A DNA stretch of 64,000 bases from an uncultured Hyphomicrobiales bacterium (GTDB lineage Bacteria > Pseudomonadota > Alphaproteobacteria > Rhizobiales > Xanthobacteraceae), in the NCBI GenBank assembly GCA_964641065.1, contig CAZXJZ010000005.1, positions 92 to 64,091 of the forward strand. The letters run 5' to 3'. Positions 59,461-64,000 of this stretch are shown here, piece by piece; within the stretch, counting starts at the first letter, position 1, and every line of letters begins with the position of its first letter. The notes under the pieces were generated by a model. That model searched no databases, had not been told where the DNA came from, and was given only the letters and a program-made list of their open reading frames with translations. The position numbers and the translations under genes were made by a program.

Positions 59461-60957
59461 TTACCGCGTCACCACGATGAAGTCGGTGTAAAGCCCGGTC
59501 TCGTGGCCAAGCCCATGGTCCGAGACGATCAGCGAGGCGCCGGGAGTGACATATTCCGAGATTCGCTCGACCACCTCGGGCGCGATTTCGATCCGGTCCA
59601 GTACCGCCGCTGCGCCGAGGCTCTGCGTCGGTTCGGGGGCCTTGCTCAGCCGCTTCGCCGAAACTTCGATCGGACGGCCGCGACGATCGGTTTCGACGCG
59701 GGTCTTGACGTTCTCGGCTTTCGGCAGTTCCGGCGGCATTGTGACCGCCTTCCAGTTCACCTCGGTGTCGCTGCCGTCTTTCGCCAGCGCAGTGAAGACA
59801 TGGGTGCCGAAATTCGGCTTGTCGTCCTTGAAGGTCACCGGTGCGCTGAACAGCGGAATGAAGTGCTGGCGCACGTACAGTGTCTTGTCCTTCTTGCTGA
59901 TGAAGACCGTGATCGCGCCCTTGGGTGGCGCTTTCTTTTGCTTGGCGTCCAGCGATTGCGCGAAGCTCGCGAGGATCGGCCCCGGGATATTCGCAGGCTG
60001 CGGATAGATCGAGGCGGTCGTGTCGGAATTGCGCTCGCTGTCCTGAACCTCGGCCGCGGTTTTGGCTTCGGGGGTGGCCTCAGCTTCCACATGCGTGCCG
60101 GCCTGCTCGACCGAGGACGTCAGGTCGCGCATGGCAGGCTTCGCATCCGTGCCCTCGGCGGCTTCACCGGCGCCGTCGGTGGCGATCAGTGCGGCACTGG
60201 CGGTCCGCACCCGTTCCGGCATCGTGGTGTCCAGCGTCTTGCGCAGGTCCGGCAGCGTCTCGACGGCAGCAACCGGCGGCTTGGGCTGGAACAGCAACGG
60301 ATGCGCCACGTCCACGGGTTCGACATCCTCGCGTGACACGATCACGCGCGTATTCATCCGGATGGTGCGCCACAGGTAATCCGCATAGCGCTCCGGCAGC
60401 CGGATGCAGCCATGAGAGGCGGGGTAGCCCGGCAGCTTTCCTTCATGCAGGGCGATGCCCGACCAGGTCAGTCGCTGCATGTAGGGCATCGGCGCGCCGC
60501 TATAGATATTCGAGCGGTGGTGCCGGTTGCGCTGAATGACGCTGAATACGCCAAAAGGCGTGGGATTGGAGGCCTTGCCGGTTGAAACCGGGGATTGCGA
60601 GACCAGCTTGCCGTTGGCGTAGAACGACACATTCTGCGACTTCACCGACACGATCAGCATGTGCGGGCCGGCGGGAGGCGGTGCCTCCTTCGCAGGTCTG
60701 GCGATTTCCGACTTGGGCGGTTTGCCGGCCGAGCGGGCCGGCTGCCGGGGGGTGAGGCGCTGGCGCGGTTCCGGCCTGCGGCTTTCGAGGCGCGGCGGCG
60801 GCCCGTCATACCGGTCATAGCGGGGGCTATCGCGGAAGAACAAAAAGTCCTGCGCCACGGCCGGGGACACCGACCCGGCCGCGAATGCCAGGGTCAGCAT
60901 GCTGGCCCCGCCGAGCGCTCCAGCTTTCAGGCGGAAAAACGCACTCTTGATACACAC
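59461..60957 (-). CDS. L,D-transpeptidase family protein with a second, non-catalytic YkuD-like domain
   Basis: SPVSTGK, TPFGVFSV, GIALHEG..PASHGCIRL; start may be ATG 60900. Confidence 0.9.
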   Translation of the reverse strand: MCIKSAFFRLKAGALGGASMLTLAFAAGSVSPAVAQDFLFFRDSPRYDRYDGPPPRLESRRPEPRQRLTPRQPARSAGKPPKSEIARPAKEAPPPAGPHMLIVSVKSQNVSFYANGKLVSQSPVSTGKASNPTPFGVFSVIQRNRHHRSNIYSGAPMPYMQRLTWSGIALHEGKLPGYPASHGCIRLPERYADYLWRTIRMNTRVIVSREDVEPVDVAHPLLFQPKPPVAAVETLPDLRKTLDTTMPERVRTASAALIATDGAGEAAEGTDAKPAMRDLTSSVEQAGTHVEAEATPEAKTAAEVQDSERNSDTTASIYPQPANIPGPILASFAQSLDAKQKKAPPKGAITVFISKKDKTLYVRQHFIPLFSAPVTFKDDKPNFGTHVFTALAKDGSDTEVNWKAVTMPPELPKAENVKTRVETDRRGRPIEVSAKRLSKAPEPTQSLGAAAVLDRIEIAPEVVERISEYVTPGASLIVSDHGLGHETGLYTDFIVVTR

Positions 60958-61143
60958 GGTCCTAACCCTCGCCCCCGGAAAGCCGCATCTTAGGTGCCGA
61001 ATCCGAACATAATGTTAGTGGATGCAACTTTCGGGATCATGTCCGGTCGTTTGGCGGCCAGCATTCGCATCGTTAGTGTTGCATTTACGGTGAATATCTG
61101 ACGGATAGCCGGCAGACAGGCTCCTGCAGGGAGAGAAAGCATC

Positions 61144-62364
61144 ATGAGTCAGGCCGCAGAAAAGCTTACAGCCCAGCGCCCCGGGTCCATCAAGGACGCG
61201 CATTTCAATTGGGAAGACCCGCTCGATCTGGAGGGGGAGCTCACCGAAGAGGAGCGCATGGTCCGCGACACCGCGCGGGGCTATGCTCAAGACAAATTGA
61301 TGCCGCGGGTGATCGAGGCCTATCGCGACGAAAAGGTCGACCGCACCCTGCTGCCCGAGATGGGCGAACTCGGCCTTCTGGGCCCGACCCTTCCGGAGGA
61401 GTATGGCGGTGCGGGCCTGGGCTATGTTGCCTACGGTTTGATCAACCGCGAGATCGAGCGGGTCGATTCCGGCTACCGCTCGACCCTGTCGGTGCAATCC
61501 TCGCTGGTGATGCACCCGATCTACGCCTACGGCACCGAGGCGCAGAAGAAGAAATACCTGCCGAAGCTCGCCTCGGGCCAGATGGTCGGCTGCTTCGGCC
61601 TGACCGAGCCGGATCACGGCTCCGATCCCGGCTCGATGGTCACCCGCGCCGAAAAGGTGCCGAACGGCTACCGGCTGACCGGCGCCAAGATGTGGATCTC
61701 GAACTCGCCGATCGCCGACATCGCCATCGTGTGGGCGAAGCTGGACGGCAAGATCCGCGGCTTCGTGGTCGAGCGCGGCACCGAGGGCTTCTCCACCCCG
61801 AAGATCGAGGGCAAGCTGTCGTTGCGGGCCTCGGTGACCGGCGAGATCGTGCTCGATAACGCCTTCGTGCCGGAGGATGCGCTGCTGCCGAATGTGTCCG
61901 GCCTCGCGGGGCCGTTCGGCTGCCTCAACAATGCGCGCTACGGCATCGCCTGGGGTTCGCTGGGCGCTGCGGAATTCTGCTGGCATGCCGCGCGTCAATA
62001 CACCCTCGACCGCAAGCAGTTCGGCCGGCCGCTCGCAGCGAACCAGCTGATCCAGAAAAAGCTCGCGGACATGCAGACCGAGATCACGCTCGGGCTGCAG
62101 GGCGTGCTGCGTCTTGGTCGCCTGATCGAGGAGGGCCGTGCGGGTCCGCCCGCGATCTCGCTGATGAAGCGCAACAATTGCGGCAAGGCGCTGGATATCG
62201 CCCGCGTCGCCCGCGACATGCATGGCGGCAACGGCATTGCCGACGAGTTCCATGTCATGCGCCACGTCGCCAACCTGGAGACGGTCAATACTTACGAGGG
62301 TACGCACGACATCCATGCGCTGATCCTCGGCCGCGCGCAGACCGGTATTCAGGCGTTCTTCTGA
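61144..62364 (+). CDS. gcdH: Glutaryl-CoA dehydrogenase
   Basis: [61 protein letters not shown]. Confidence 0.95.
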   Translation: MSQAAEKLTAQRPGSIKDAHFNWEDPLDLEGELTEEERMVRDTARGYAQDKLMPRVIEAYRDEKVDRTLLPEMGELGLLGPTLPEEYGGAGLGYVAYGLINREIERVDSGYRSTLSVQSSLVMHPIYAYGTEAQKKKYLPKLASGQMVGCFGLTEPDHGSDPGSMVTRAEKVPNGYRLTGAKMWISNSPIADIAIVWAKLDGKIRGFVVERGTEGFSTPKIEGKLSLRASVTGEIVLDNAFVPEDALLPNVSGLAGPFGCLNNARYGIAWGSLGAAEFCWHAARQYTLDRKQFGRPLAANQLIQKKLADMQTEITLGLQGVLRLGRLIEEGRAGPPAISLMKRNNCGKALDIARVARDMHGGNGIADEFHVMRHVANLETVNTYEGTHDIHALILGRAQTGIQAFF

Positions 62365-62403
62365 TCGTCTGCCTGTCGCTCTGCTGGAAAGCATAACTCT
62401 CCT

Positions 62404-62438
62404 GTGATGCCCGGCCTTGCGCCGGGCATTCATGTCTT
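62404..62438. repeat. Half copy of a Rhizobiales REP-like palindromic element
   Basis: GTGATGCCCGGC-cttgc-GCCGGGCAT-TCATGTCTT resembles the GTCATGCCCGG..CCGGGCATCCAC.TCT element common in this order; the mirror half is absent. Confidence 0.55.
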
Positions 62439-62503
62439 TACAGGTCGGATTGCCCCGGCATGTGTCGCCGTCGCGGCAGGCTTTTTTCCCGACTGGTTGA
62501 ATC

Positions 62504-63277
62504 ATGGACATTGCGTCGACCGCATTGCTGGCAACGGCCGGGCTCGCCGGCGGCACGATTGCGAGCCTCGCTGGCGGTGCGGCGCTGATCACCTTTCCGA
62601 CCTTTCTCGCCGTCGGGCTGACCCCGATTGCCGCCATCGCCACCAACATCGCCGCCCTGACTCCGGGCAGCCTGATCGCGGCCCTGTCCGACCGGACCCA
62701 ATTGCCGCCGCTCGACCGCGGCTTTATCGGTCTGGTTCTCGCCTCGGTACTCGGCGCCGGCATCGGTGCGCTGCTGCTGATGCTGACGTCGAACCGGGTG
62801 TTCGAGATTCTGGTGCCGCTCCTGATCGGCTTTGCGACCATCCTGTTCGCGTTCGGGGAAAAAATCAGTGCGGTGGTGCGTGCGCGCGCGCTCGCGAAGC
62901 ACGGTCGCGAGCCGGAGATCAAGCTCACCTCGATTCCGATGCTGTTGCCGGTCTCCGTCTATGGCGGCTATTTCGGCGCCGGCCTCGGCGTGCTGCTGAT
63001 CGCGGTGCTGCAACTCGCGACCTCTGGCGAATACCGGCCAGCCAACGCCACCAAGAACCTGGTCGCCGCCCTGAACGGATCGGTGGCGATGACGGTGTTT
63101 GCGGTTCAGGGCAGCATCAACTGGCCGGCCGCACTCGCCATGATGTGCGGCGCCCTGGTCGGATCGGTGATCGGCGCGCGGATCGCGCGGCATGCGCCGC
63201 GCGAACTGATGCGCTGGGTGGTCACCGGCATCGGCGTGGTGCTGACCACCGTCTATGCGTGGCGCTACTGGTTCTGA
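62504..63277 (+). CDS. TauE/SafE family sulfite exporter-like membrane protein
   Basis: AGGAALITFP, YGGYFGAGLG, NATKNL, GSVIGARIAR. Confidence 0.9.
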   Translation: MDIASTALLATAGLAGGTIASLAGGAALITFPTFLAVGLTPIAAIATNIAALTPGSLIAALSDRTQLPPLDRGFIGLVLASVLGAGIGALLLMLTSNRVFEILVPLLIGFATILFAFGEKISAVVRARALAKHGREPEIKLTSIPMLLPVSVYGGYFGAGLGVLLIAVLQLATSGEYRPANATKNLVAALNGSVAMTVFAVQGSINWPAALAMMCGALVGSVIGARIARHAPRELMRWVVTGIGVVLTTVYAWRYWF

Positions 63278-63298
63278 AGCGCCGCTTGCGTGACGCGA

Positions 63299-64000
63299 CT
63301 ATCTCCGCGTCAGCTCGCACAATTCGACGAGGCGCCCGGTCATCGTGCTGAGCGGGTCCGCGAACGGCGCCACCACGTTGAAATGATGCGTGCCGGGCAC
63401 CGCCTCGTATCGCGTTTCGACGCCGGCGGCGCCCCAGGTGTCGGCCATGACATGCGACAGCCGGATGAATTCCGGCAATTCGTCGGCGCCGACCACGACA
63501 TCGAGCACGCGGCCCTTCGGCGCCGGCCAGAATAGCGGCGAACTCCTCCGCGCCGAGGCCTCGTCCAGCTTGAAATCCGCGTTCATGTCGGTGGTGACGA
63601 GCCCGGTCAGGTCGAACACGCCGGAGATCGCGGAGCCCGCCGGGATCAGGTCGGCCGGCGCGGTCGGATCGAGCGCCTGCCAGTCGGTCGCCATCATGCA
63701 GGCGGTGAGATGGCCGCCAGCCGAATGGCCATAGACCATGATGCGCTTGCCGAAGCGCTTCCACAGGAACAGCACGGCGGCGCGCATCTCATCCACGATC
63801 TGCGCGATCGACACCTGCGGCGTCAGGTCATAGCCCGCGACCGCAACGGTGACGCCGTTGCCGGTCAGCCCACGCGCCAGATGGCTGTGTTCCTTCGGGC
63901 TCATCGCGCGCCAATAGCCGCCATGAATGAACAGCGCGACCGGCGCCTCGTCGTCCTTGGCCTTGAACAAATCGATATATTGACGCTCGCTCGGCCCGTA
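63299..64000 (-). CDS. Alpha/beta hydrolase (arylformamidase/esterase-like), 5' end outside the window
   Basis: Open frame to the window edge (YGPSERQYIDLF), FIHGGYW, GHSAGGH, C-terminal HHFNV. Confidence 0.9.
   Translation of the reverse strand, partial: YGPSERQYIDLFKAKDDEAPVALFIHGGYWRAMSPKEHSHLARGLTGNGVTVAVAGYDLTPQVSIAQIVDEMRAAVLFLWKRFGKRIMVYGHSAGGHLTACMMATDWQALDPTAPADLIPAGSAISGVFDLTGLVTTDMNADFKLDEASARRSSPLFWPAPKGRVLDVVVGADELPEFIRLSHVMADTWGAAGVETRYEAVPGTHHFNVVAPFADPLSTMTGRLVELCELTRR

Overview
High-GC alphaproteobacterial chromosome, Hyphomicrobiales/Rhizobiales-like judging by gene content and protein sequences. It opens with the 5' end of dnaA, a 1.1 kb rpsT-dnaA spacer and rpsT, followed by core metabolic and envelope genes (DHDPS-family protein, maeB, msrA, a lone Wza-like lipoprotein, an L,D-transpeptidase, a PDZ serine protease, tRNA-Arg(CCG), an Omp25/RopB-type porin). 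Next come a shortened PodJ-like Sel1 protein and a ~25 kb Wzx/Wzy polysaccharide locus (21.4-46.4 kb). The locus has WcaJ, Wza, Wzc, 3 GT4, 2 GT2, GT26, a VpsF-like polymerase and Wzx. It also has a five-gene CDP-sugar module without a 4,6-dehydratase, a Tat-exported GH10, an FkbM methyltransferase, a Cys-rich duplicated-domain protein, a small secreted repeat protein and a degenerate PilZ. The rest is phaC with a FixK/FNR-type box, an IclR-linked CoA-dependent catabolic cluster built around an AtuA-like protein, a second L,D-transpeptidase, gcdH, a TauE exporter and a partial hydrolase. The most notable signal is that almost every promoter-bearing spacer of the polysaccharide locus carries CtrA-type TTAA-N7-TTAA or TTAACC(A/T) motifs, as do those of the adjacent podJ-like gene, the porin and the lone Wza. 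This suggests a cell-cycle-wired, possibly polar polysaccharide system. No mobile element, integrase or CRISPR array was found. All calls come from reading the sequence by eye with no database searches, and many start codons are best guesses.
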